Shown here in pieces: positions 1 through 10,443 of a stretch of DNA of 41,648 bases. Every line of letters starts with the position of its first letter. Positions within the stretch are counted from its first letter, which is position 1. The translations under genes were made by a program, and so were the position numbers. The stretch comes from Octopus bimaculoides. Its lineage: Eukaryota. Below the pieces are notes generated by a model that worked only from the letters and a program-made list of their open reading frames with translations, was not told the origin of the DNA and did not search any database. The DNA lies in contig NC_068989.1 of assembly GCF_001194135.2 (NCBI RefSeq), forward strand, positions 47,465,422 through 47,507,069, in the 5' to 3' direction.

Positions 1-275
1 ATATATATATATATATATATATACACATGACAAGTGAATAAGAAATTATGTAATAGACGTCATGTTAGCTTACAGCTGTTTCTGCTATGTTATGCAAGGC
101 ACTTATAGGTTAGCGCTTCTGTATAACCATATAGTTCCATCGTAGCTTCAAAGATCAGACCTTTTTGTTGTAAGGCATATGAATGAATATTGAAATCTAA
201 GAGCAGGTTTTACTATCGCGATGTCTAAAATAAATACGAATAATAGGAATGGCTGTGAGTTAAGACGTTTGCTAA

Positions 276-637
276 AGCGCAGGCGTTGCTAAGTGGTAAG
301 AAGTCTGCTTCCCAACCACACTGTTGCGGATTCAATCCCACTGCGTGTCACCTTAGGCGAGCTTCTTATATTGTCGACTGAAGCCTTATAACTGGCTATC
401 GTAGACGGAAGTTGAAAAAATGGTATATTCATATATCTTAGTGTGTCTTTTTGTATCTGCGTTTGTTCACCACCAGCACTTGACAACCGGTGTTGGTGCG
501 TTTATGTACTTTTAAATTAGTGGCTCATCAAAAGAGTGTGCTATAACAAGTACTTATAAAAGTAAGTACTGGGTTTCATTCAGTCATTTAAAATTCTTCA
601 AAACATTGCCCTTTCGTGGACGCAGTCTAATGACTGA
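276..637 (+). mobile_element. tRNA-derived SINE, CORE-like family (octopus OR-type), diverged
   Basis: tRNA-like head (GTGGTAAGAAGTCTGCTTCCCAACCAC...GATTCAATCCCACTGCGTG) and TGACTGAAACAA tail; alignable to the copy at 38668-39390. A partial extra head precedes it at 244-273. Confidence 0.8.
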
Positions 638-659
638 AACAATTAACATATGAACTCTG

Positions 660-775
660 TCTCTCCTTACTCCCTCCCTCTCTCTCTCTCTATAAATCTA
701 TATATATATAGAGAGAGAGAGGGAGAGAGAGAGAGAGGGAAAGAGAGAGAGAGAGGGAGAGAGAGAGAGAGGGGG
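660..775. repeat. Compound (TC)n-(TA)n-(GA)n microsatellite
   Basis: Direct reading. Confidence 0.95.
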
Positions 776-1584
776 CGGAAATAAAAGTGCATACATATAT
801 ATCTTTTTACATATAAGTATGCATATTTCCTAACCGATATCTATAATGAATGCTTCTCCGCCATTCAATCTTATTCATTCTTTCTGAAATGGAGTGCATC
901 ATATATTTGTCTACTTGCTGTCGACGAAACGGATACAATATGTAAGTGATGACAATNNNNNNNNNNNNNNNNNNNNNNNNNNNNNNNNNNNNNNNNNNNN
1001 NNNNNNNNNNNNNNNNNNNNNNNNNNNNNNNNNNNNNNNNNNNNNNNNNNNNNNNNNNNNNNNNNNNNNNNNNNNNNNNNNNNNNNNNNNNNNNNNNNNN
1101 NNNNNNNNNNNNNNNNNNNNNNNNNNNNNNNNNNNNNNNNNNNNNNNNNNNNNNNNNNNNNNNNNNNNNNNNNNNNNNNNNNNNNNNNNNNNNNNNNNNN
1201 NNNNNNNNNNNNNNNNNNNNNNNNNNNNNNNNNNNNNNNNNNNNNNNNNNNNNNNNNNNNNNNNNNNNNNNNNNNNNNNNNNNNNNNNNNNNNNNNNNNN
1301 NNNNNNNNNNNNNNNNNNNNNNNNNNNNNNNNNNNNNNNNNNNNNNNNNNNNNNNNNNNNNNNNNNNNNNNNNNNNNNNNNNNNNNNNNNNNNNNNNNNN
1401 NNNNNNNNNNNNNNNNNNNNNNNNNNNNNNNNNNNNNNNNNNNNNNNNNNNNNNNNNNNNNNNNNNNNNNNNNNNNNNNNNNNNNNNNNNNNNNNNNNNN
1501 NNNNNNNNNNNNNNNNNNNNNNNNNNNNNNNNNNNNNNNNNNNNNNNNNNNNNNNNNNNNNNNNNNNNNNNNNNNNNNNNNNNN

Positions 1585-1633
<49 letters not shown>

Positions 1634-1913
1634 CACACACATATATACGAGCACGGCTATACAGATACATTTGCGAAACACATGTATACACGCTCACACA
1701 CGCACACATATACCGTAATACGCTTTGTAAATGTCTGTAAGATATTGTCTATTAATATAAGCAGTCTCAGATGCTTTCAAATTTGGGACAGCCTGATTTT
1801 ATCCTTTAGAGTCGAATGAGCCACGATAGAATCCTATGGTAGAAGTGGTAGTAGTAGGTTTGTAATGTAATAACTTAATCTTTATTCGTAATATTATCTG
1901 CTCTTATATTTAC

Positions 1914-2173
1914 AGAACTCCTAGGCGTGGTCCAAAACTGATTGGCGTGAAGCCATACAAAGTGCTGTCTCCTTCAACTGTCTTTCCTACTGCTACTTCA
2001 CTGCACTCAGGCCCATCCGATTCACTCGCCTCTTCTCTCATGACACTTAAGAGGGGATGCTGCAAAGGTCCTGGCTTTAAGGGTGTCAGGAAAGGCGTGT
2101 TTGAGGGCCCAACCTTCTGAATTGTTTAACAGGTCTTAGATAACCTAAAGGATGCTGTGATATGTGTGTGAAT
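1914..2173 (-). other. Candidate exon of an unidentified host transcript
   Basis: Non-repetitive and GC-richer than its flanks. Bounded by TTTCAG| (2174) and |GTAAAT (1913), with a 61-nt GTAAGA...TTTCAG intron-like gap upstream and a 71-codon open frame (2125-1913). No protein family recognised. Confidence 0.25.
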
Positions 2174-3711
2174 CTGAAAGGTGAATAACTTGAATAAAAT
2201 CATAATTAACTGATCCTGCTGTATTTTCTCTTACCCAAAACCAGGAACTTTACAGTATCCTCTCGTATATTGTGGTCTAATTCCAATTCCATACATTGCA
2301 CAAAGACACTTCATCCAGTAGATCTTCGATTATTCGGAATCTCCTCCAAGATGCAATTATTTTTACTTTAACCGTCAACTTGCAATTGAACAAAAAGCAC
2401 AACTGCATCACTAGAACCAGTTTCCGAGGACTTGCATAAGGCATGAGCAGACATAATTTCTCCAAGCAAAATCATTTTTTTTCAGAAAGCATGAAGCATT
2501 TTCCCGACCCATGAGTGATTCGTCCAATCACCGTCCAAATTATTAATTAACGTTAACTTCTTACTCGTATCGTAAATATAAGTTCGCAGTGCACCGGTAC
2601 CATTATTGATACTAGTAAGGAATACTTCACTTTGCGTACGTCGTAAATGTTTCTTAGCAGAAAACATGAGCGACTTACACTCTCATATACATTCAATTCT
2701 CTTCATAACCAACTTTCCGTCTCTACACGAAATCAACATTTGTTGTTGTAAGCACATAAAAGATGTTTACAATTAAAAAAGAAAACAAAACCAAAACTCG
2801 GTTGCTTTCCCATGCGTCTTGCATTTTTTCCTTGTCCAATACACGCCCCGAACCAAGCAGAAGTATTTTGTCGATGTTCTTTACGAATATAAAGTATGTA
2901 AATATGCGATGTTGGAATAGAAGCAAGAGTGTTTCGTATTGATTTTTGTTCTTACATTACATGTAGACGATCTCTGCATTTGTAGATGTTTGGCTGTGAG
3001 TTGAGAATGTGCATGTGTGGGTGATTGTATTTATTCTTATATAATCCTTGTTTACGTTAGGAAATACTTGGCAGGCGCTGAAATGAGATGCATCTAGGAA
3101 GTAAAAATACAAGGCATAGGTAATGAAAGAAAAAAAATTTCATTTTAAAAATATTTTTGTACGTATAATAGTATTTCCCTTTTACTAAAACGAAAACAAG
3201 AAAGATAGATCAGCTTAGCTTTGAATCAACAAGAGGATATATGAAAAATGCACAATGAAAACTGGGATTATTGCTAACCTCTTGAATGTTTGGGGTACGT
3301 GGTACGATGCAGAACAAAGGACTCGGAGAAGTGAGACACAATAGAAGAACTGGTTCCAGGCAGACTGTGATAGAGAAAAGAATCTAGATCTACCCATTTA
3401 TGCGGCTTTTCAATAATCTTTGGCATGCTTGTCTTCATTTCAAGTTCACATTTCACTTACTTCTAAAGGGAAGTCGGTAAAAATATATTTTAAGTTAAAA
3501 TCATATTTGTTTTAGCGGCACTGCATAGTATTATTATTGTTCTATGATATTTACACATGTTCAAACATATACTGCCCCTTTATGCGCTGAGCTCAAATGT
3601 TGTGGAGATCAAATTGTCATTTCATTCGCCAAGAGGGATAATAAAGTATCGAGTTCGATTTAAGTGACGTCAGTACTTAACTGACACTTAATACAAACCT
3701 CCTCCAGTGCA

Positions 3712-3892
3712 GTGAGCCAGCAGAATCGTTAACACGCTGGGCAAAGTTCTTAGCGGCATTTCGTCCGTCTGCGAGTTCTGAGATCTCGCCGAGATCGACT
3801 TTGTATTCCATCCTTTCGGATAACCACTGGGGCCGATATAATCGACTTACACCTTCCCCAAAATTGCTGAACTCGTTCCAAAATTTGAAACC
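3712..3892 (+). mobile_element. tRNA-derived SINE with a Meta-like core, internally deleted
   Basis: GAGCCAGCAGAATCGTTAACACGCTGGGC...GCCGAGATCGACTTTGTATTCCATCCTTTCG; same family as 33434-33648. An older fragment probably lies at about 3570-3680. Confidence 0.8.
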
Positions 3893-4124
3893 GATGTTAA
3901 CCTCCTCCCTTAGATTGGTTTTGTGCCTCTTTTCCCATTGTGGAATCAGTAGAACAACCATTCAGACGAATTCAAGTTCATCCAAAGAGTTTATGTTCAG
4001 CAGAACCATTAGTGTGTCACAAAAACAAAATTCCTACCAGTTTTACTTCCTGATCTTTACATTATCTATTCAAATCTTGCAGACGTCAACATTGTTCTTC
4101 ATCCCTCTGGACTTGATGAAATAA

Positions 4125-4302
4125 TAGAGTTCTATATTTGAGATGTGAAGAATTATGTACATTATTTATATTATTTACATTTGACAGATATTTGTCCTCA
4201 TCTTGTTTCTTATTAACACAACGTTTCGGCTGATGTATTCTCCAGCCTTCATCANNNNNNNNNNGTTCGAACATGGGTTCTCATTCCTAAGGCATTTTCC
4301 GA
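4125..4302 (-). mobile_element. Penelope-like element terminal remnant carrying a hammerhead motif
   Basis: Minus strand reads [N]TGATGA-A-GGCTGG...TCAGCC-GAAAC-GTTGTG, next to (AAT)n. Hammerhead motifs are characteristic of Penelope-like pseudo-LTRs. No RT or GIY-YIG sequence is visible. Confidence 0.55.
4215..4255 (-). ncRNA. Hammerhead ribozyme-like core
   Basis: UGAUGA box, 6-bp stem II (GGCUGG/UCAGCC) and GAAAC box. The first C of CUGAUGA falls in the 10-N gap; stems I and III are unresolved. Confidence 0.5.

Positions 4303-4364
<62 letters not shown>
4303..4364. repeat. (TTA)n microsatellite
   Basis: Direct reading. Confidence 0.97.
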
Positions 4365-4365
<1 letters not shown>

Positions 4366-4381
4366 GTTCCAGTTCAGACAA

Positions 4382-5520
4382 ACAACTAAATCATGTCGAG
4401 CAGAAGGAGGGATTCTTTACCGTGGAGCAAATGGGTTTCTCACTAAAAGCTCATTACCATATATCCTGAAGGCCTGCCATGACAAGTCAATTACTGGTGG
4501 CCATTTTGGCAGAGATAAAACGTTAGCCAAAATCTCTGACCGTTATTACTGGAAGGAAATGAAGAGTGATGTTCACCAACATATCAAAGCCTGCTCAAAA
4601 TGTTTTGTGATAAATCCCCAAATTAGCAAGGAGGCTCCACCACTTAACAGTATACCAGCACCTAGAAGAGTATGGAACATATTCGGGATTGATATGATTG
4701 GTCCCCTTAAGGAAACATCAAACGACAACAAATATATAGTTGCTGCCACTGATCATTTCTCCAAATAGACTGAAGCAACAGCTGTTTCAGAGAAGGGTGT
4801 CAAGTCAATAGCAAATTTTTTGTACTCCGTTATTTGCCGCCTTGACTGTATGAACACTCTGAATAGCTACCAGGGACGAGAGTTTGTGAACTCGATCATC
4901 GACAACTTGATGGCGCATTTCCAAAAAGGTCGCCGCGTTTCATCTGCCTACCACCCGCAAACAAAGGGCCAGCGGGAAAGTGACAATCGAACACTCTAAG
5001 AATCTCTTAGTAAGCTTGCCAATGTTCAAGGAAACAACTGGGACCAGTTCATCCCTGGTGTTCTGTTCGTTTATCACACAACAGAGTATGCCTCAACCAA
5101 GTGCATTCCATTTGAAGTCATGTGCGAACGGAAGGCCAAGCTTCCTATGGACCCCAAACATTCAGAAGATGACACTGCGGTCCCCACGATGATGCTAATG
5201 CTGATGTTTTGGATACACTGACAACCATTCATAAAATATTCCGTTTAACCGTTGGTACCAACAACCACTCTGCTGAGGAACACTAGAAGCGAGTCTTTGA
5301 TTGAAAACAGAACAGCAGCAAAGAAATCACTCTTGGCTCCATCGTTTACATCAAGAATCAGCGCCGTATTCATCGAATGGGTTCAAAGATGGACCGACGC
5401 TGAATCGGACCCGACTTAATTGTGGAATCTTTGACCGAAGGACGAGTAAGACTTTAGAACAATAAAACTGACGAGATACTGAGCAACACCTACCACGCCA
5501 GCAACCTTAAGATTTACCAA
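4382..5520 (+). pseudogene. Disrupted DDE integrase/transposase (HHCC zinc finger, rve core, GPY/F-like motif)
   Basis: Hand translation: LKACHDKSITGGHFGRDKTLAKISDRYYWKEM...CSKC (HHCC); VWNIFGIDMIGP (D1, 4691); S[Y]QGREF (D2 mutated to TAC, 4868); AYHPQTKGQRE (E, 4976; D35E spacing). After a frameshift, KMDRR*IGPDLIVE (GPY/F-like). Several in-frame stops (e.g. 4766-4768). Confidence 0.93.
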
Positions 5521-5769
5521 GATGAAGAGGTTTCTCTATCACTCTAGTCCCCTGATGTTTGTCCCAGTGTCTCTACTGATGACAACCCAAAGTAAAAGAC
5601 ACTCAAAAGACCACGTGAAGAACCGGACAATGATGACATCTACATCTCACAGAAAGACGAGCAGACCAAGACTTTCAACCCACTACCAAGTTCAGGAGAT
5701 AAGTATCTTAGCACTGCTCTCGGTTTTACGTTTGGTGAGGTTGTGTACTATGGACGTACAAGGGGCCTT

Positions 5770-6169
5770 GGACAAACACGGCGTACATATAAAACCAAAG
5801 GTGAAGGGAACTACAAATCTTGGGCCATCAGCTACATCCTGACAGGATCAGAGGACAACCACTCTCTTCTCAGAATTAAATTCACCCATAAGAACACTGA
5901 CTTGACAAAAAACTACAGGACTACTTGAACCAAAATGTGAATGAATATGTAAACTAGTCTGGCATTTCTCATGATGGAGTCTGGGCAACTGATGCAGAGA
6001 TCATTGCCATAGCGAATCTGTTGAGTTGCAGCATCGTCATCCACATAGAATCAGTGATTCAATGGATTGGTTGACCTATCCTGCAAGTTTGAAGCTTCAG
6101 TCAACAACAGAACATGCAGTTTGTCTTGAAAACAAGCACGATCATTTTGATGTTGTTATCAGTTTCTAA
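5770..6169 (+). pseudogene. Disrupted OTU-family cysteine protease (deubiquitinase-like) domain at the transposase C-terminus
   Basis: TKGEGN[Y]KSWAISYILTGSEDNHSLLR (Cys box, with TAC at 5812 where Cys is expected); GVWATDAEIIAIANLLSCSIVIH; CLENKHDHFDVVISF* (His box, stop 6167-6169). Starts in the same frame as the integrase C-terminus; two internal frameshifts. Confidence 0.8.
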
Positions 6170-8635
6170 CTTTCAACTTTTATATTGTAGCTAGGACTTG
6201 CTAGTCTTAGAAGTTGAAGTTCCAGGACATTATAACTGTTAATATAATATGAACAGTAGAATTAATTATATTACAATTGCATTATACTGTTTTGGGCAGG
6301 GAATTTTATATTAATGTGTAACCACTACTGAGAAGTGTGGTAGTAATCTTTGATCGTTGTGGAAGTATAATATTTTCAAAGATTGAAATTTTTCTGGTTG
6401 AAGTAATTATAGTCTATGCGTTTAGGGTTTTAAGATTTAAGTCAGTTAGCTTTTTCAATTAACTGACCTGACAAAGGTAAATCCTCATAAAATGTTGAAA
6501 AATTAAGTAAATGTTGTGTATATCACTCAACATTACTCATATCATGGAGGCATAAACTGGCCCGAGGGGAATATATACTGGCCTTGGCCATAATGTACTC
6601 GAAGTATAATCTAGCCTCGGCCCCTTTAAACCCAGGTATAGTCCGGACTGGGGGTATACTCTGGTCTGTTGCACCGGAACTAACTTAATATCAAACAACA
6701 TTTGAGAACCTTAATTCAACTGTGTGATACAAGAAAATGTTACAGATTAACAATAATCCTTTCAGTGAAGAGATTGTTATTTATCTGGACACGAAAATTA
6801 AATGTAATCCACTTTCATGCACTTTCAAATTGCTTTAAGAGTCAATTAGTTGTATCCAAATTTCTGGCACATCAAAATTTTGCCGTCCTAAATTTACACT
6901 ACATAAATATGTAGTGGCTTTTATAAATATCTATACAGTTTTAGAATATTAACGGAATTATTACAAAGGCAATTCTTGTAAGTTGTATGAAAATAAATTA
7001 TTTATTTGATTTATTACAAAGCTGGCCAGACTTGCTAAGTGTAAGAGACATATTACAATAAACAGCAGGAGTTTTAGCCGAAATGTCACGTTAATAGTTA
7101 AATTAACAATTGTTAAAATAACAATTTGTTATTTACATATTAATGCTGCCGATGCACAGACTGTGTCTATAAATTAATAGAAGGCTTCAAATTATTCTTT
7201 ACTCTTTAACTGTCCTCTGCCACTGGACTGCAGCTGTGTTGGAGCACAATCTTCAAGGGATTTACGTAAATCTCATCGATTCTTGCTGATATTTCAGCCC
7301 GTTATTTATAACATTTTAGATATCTCTGTTTATCATCGGAAGACTAAATTATCGTTTTAGATAGATATTGTATTTTTTTTACCGAAATGCATGAAGTCAG
7401 CTTCAACGGTTTACAACGATAAACATGCACACGTACATACACATATAACACATAATCAGACATGCCCGCGTACATACACTCACACACACACAAACACACA
7501 CAAACACACACACACACACACACTTTCACGCAAACTCAGGCTGCATGTGTCTCTTGGGGTTGATCAAGTGACGCAGACACCTATGATAGACCCCGATAAG
7601 TGTTGAACATCGATTAAAACAGTTCATCGTTTTTCAATCAGTAGAGAAATAGATAAATTGGACTTGTTTGTATGTTTAATCCGTACGTTTATTTACATAC
7701 ACACACNNNNNNNNNNNNNNNNNNNNNNNNNNNNNNNNNNNNNNNNNNNNNNNNNNNNNNNNNNNNNNNNNNNNNNNNNNNNNNNNNNNNNNNNNNNNNN
7801 NNNNNNNNNNNNNNNNNNNNNNNNNNNNNNNNNNNNNNNNNNNNNNNNNNNNNNNNNNNNNNNNNNNNNNNNNNNNNNNNNNNNNNNNNNNNNNNNNNNN
7901 NNNNNNNNNNNNNNNNNNNNNNNNNNNNNNNNNNNNNNNNNNNNNNNNNNNNNNNNNNNNNNNNNNNNNNNNNNNNNNNNNNNNNNNNNNNNNNNNNNNN
8001 NNNNNNNNNNNNNNNNNNNNNNNNNNNNNNNNNNNNNNNNNNNNNNNNNNNNNNNNNNNNNNNNNNNNNNNNNNNNNNNNNNNNNNNNNNNNNNNNNNNN
8101 NNNNNNNNNNNNNNNNNNNNNNNNNNNNNNNNNNNNNNNNNNNNNNNNNNNNNNNNNNNNNNNNNNNNNNNNNNNNNNNNNNNNNNNNNNNNNNNNNNNN
8201 NNNNNNNNNNNNNNNNNNNNNNNNNNNNNNNNNNNNNNNNNNNNNNNNNNNNNNNNNNNNNNNNNNNNNNGTTTCTGCATTAAATAGAAACTAGATATAC
8301 CCGGATCGAGATCCATTACTTGGCTACGCTACTTCAATTACATAATGTCTTACAGATAATCTTTCAGTGATTTCAAATTGCCAATCCTACATTTGATTCT
8401 CAATAATACAATCATTTTTTCATATTTTCAAATCGATACAAACGCAGTATATATTTAAGAGACTAGAAAATGTGTAATTCTGACTATATTTTATATAGCA
8501 AAAGGCGAACTACAACGCCATATTTAGATCTTCCCACTAAGCTAATCAACTACTTCACTGCATGTATTATGGTGATAATGTTGAATAAACATCGTAAAAC
8601 TCTTCTATTTCCTTGGTGATGTATAACGGTGGAGA

Positions 8636-8637
<2 letters not shown>

Positions 8638-8668
<31 letters not shown>

Positions 8669-8780
8669 TGTATGTATGTGTGTATGTGTGTGTATGTATG
8701 TGTGTTTGTCCGTCCGTCGTCTTTTTGTCTGTCTGTCAGTATGTGTGCATGTATGTATGTTTGTTTGTTTGTATGTATGA
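8638..8780. repeat. (TATG)n and degenerate TG/TTTG tract
   Basis: Direct reading. Confidence 0.9.
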
Positions 8781-8781
8781 T

Positions 8782-9455
8782 TCTTTTGTATTTAATCATT
8801 TAGATTATTCCTCTTAAGCAGGAGCTAATTTCTAATAGATACAAATATTCATCTTTGGAATGTAGATAACGAAAACAATGTCACATTTTAAACCTGAGAA
8901 AACTCTTGCATAGTTTTACTATTCCCTTACAGATCATATTTGTAATGTGCCAAACAGTTGGTTGATTTCTTTTTCTGAAAACCTGTCTTATTCAAACTTA
9001 TAGAACCAAGTGCTCCAGTTATTACTGGTATAAATGCAAATTTGTGATCCGGATATTGAAGCTGGAGGTTTCGAAGCAGTTGTCCATAGTTATCTTTTTT
9101 CTCTTTGATTTTCGAAGAGATATTTATATCAGCAGGATAGCTGACCTCTATGACGGTACATACTTTTTCTTGTCTGTCACAAATCACTATATCTGACCTG
9201 TTATGTTTACACGTAACAGATGGGAATGTTCCACCAGTATCCCTTATGCTGATATCTGTGTACGTATTCAATAACAGGGGGATTCTCTGCATTTATTCCA
9301 GGACTGTCTTTCTTTCGAATGACTTTGTATATTGTTTTTTTTTACGGCAGCGTCTTGTTGCACAGGGCAGTCATACTTTGATGACATTTTTAGGTAGCTG
9401 CTAATCACATGCAGAAATATGACAATATATATTCATGGTTGCATCTTGGAAATCC
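8782..9455 (-). mobile_element. R4/Dong-clade non-LTR retrotransposon 3' fragment (restriction-like endonuclease)
   Basis: ORF 8927-9292: KHNRSDIVICDRQEKVCTVIEVSYPADINISSKIKEKKDNY...FIPVITGALG matches the PD..D/E..K RLE. Upstream is a degenerate zinc-knuckle tail (HVISSYLKMSSKY). The 3' end abuts a CATA/CAAA microsatellite. Confidence 0.88.
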
Positions 9456-9584
9456 AAGGACTTCCCTGTCTCTATTATTGATTAGTTATTTAGTAGCTAT
9501 CTCTTGTTCTTAGATTGCAAATGCATAGCCTTCGAAGTGTGATGGGATGGAGCGGTCACAAATATAAATCCCTCACAAACACGC

Positions 9585-9624
<40 letters not shown>

Positions 9625-9775
9625 GACAAGCTTCTTTCAGTTGCCGTCTACCAAATCCACTCACAGGGCATTAGTCGGCCCGGGGTTATAGTAGAAGAAA
9701 TTTGGCCAAGGGGCCATACAGCAGCACTGAACGCGGAATCAGATGGTTGGGAAGTAAACGTCTTACCACAAAGCC
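9625..9775 (-). mobile_element. CORE-like SINE, 5' half
   Basis: Reverse complement of the head and core seen at 39000-39120. Confidence 0.8.
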
Positions 9776-10407
9776 AGAGATCATTCGCTAAATATCTTAT
9801 ATTGTACATTTTCCGTTCTTAACAGACGCAGATTTGTTAGAGCACCATACAGGATAACGAGTAACTTCATTAAAATAATGATAGAGATAATATTCTTTCG
9901 CCAACATAGTATAAATATTATTAAATAAGTCATATATTTTGGAGCATATTTATTCGTTTAATCTTTGTCTCATCTAGACAAACATTCTTGTGCGTAGTGC
10001 GAGCGCACAGTATTGTATATTATATTCATACAAGTACGTACATATATGTGTTTATGTCTATGGATATATAGGTATGTATATATATATATATATATATNNN
10101 NNNNNNNNNNNNNNNNNNNNNNNNNNNNNNNNNNNNNNNNNNNNNNNNNNNNNNNNNNNNNNNNNNNNNNNNNNNNNNNNNNNNNNNNNNNNNNNNNNNN
10201 NNNNNNNNNNNNNNNNNNNNNNNNNNNNNNNNNNNNNNNNNNNNNNNNNNNNNNNNNNNNNNNNNNNNNNNNNNNNNNNNNNNNNNNNNNNNNNNNNNNN
10301 NNNNNNNNNNNNNNNNNNNNNNNNNNNNNNNNNNNNNNNNNNNNNNNNNNNNNNNNNNNNNNNNNNNNNNNNNNNNNNNNNNNNNNNNNNNNNNNNNNNN
10401 NNNNNNN

Positions 10408-10443
<36 letters not shown>

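Larger units (their letters stand above)
4365..6673 (+). mobile_element. Ginger1-like DNA transposon, 5'-truncated and decayed (integrase + OTU)
   Basis: Gypsy-type integrase fused to an OTU domain. The right end reads ...GGGGTATACTCTGGTCTGTTGCA (a variant of the Ginger ...ACA-3' end) and is followed directly by CCGG (6674-6677), a preferred Ginger1 target. Five subterminal 13-mers lie at 6550-6666. No left end was found; a (TTA)n tract and a Penelope-like remnant lie upstream. Confidence 0.8.

Noticed and set aside
1914-1960. GFTPISFGPRLGVL resembling the P450 heme motif FxxGxRxCxG
   Set aside because: The essential Cys is absent and there is no upstream PERF or ExxR motif.
4382-5520. Gypsy LTR retrotransposon interpretation
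   Set aside because: No RT, RNaseH, PPT or LTR is seen; the OTU fusion and the TIR-like end with CCGG fit Ginger1 better. The missing 5' part leaves some doubt.
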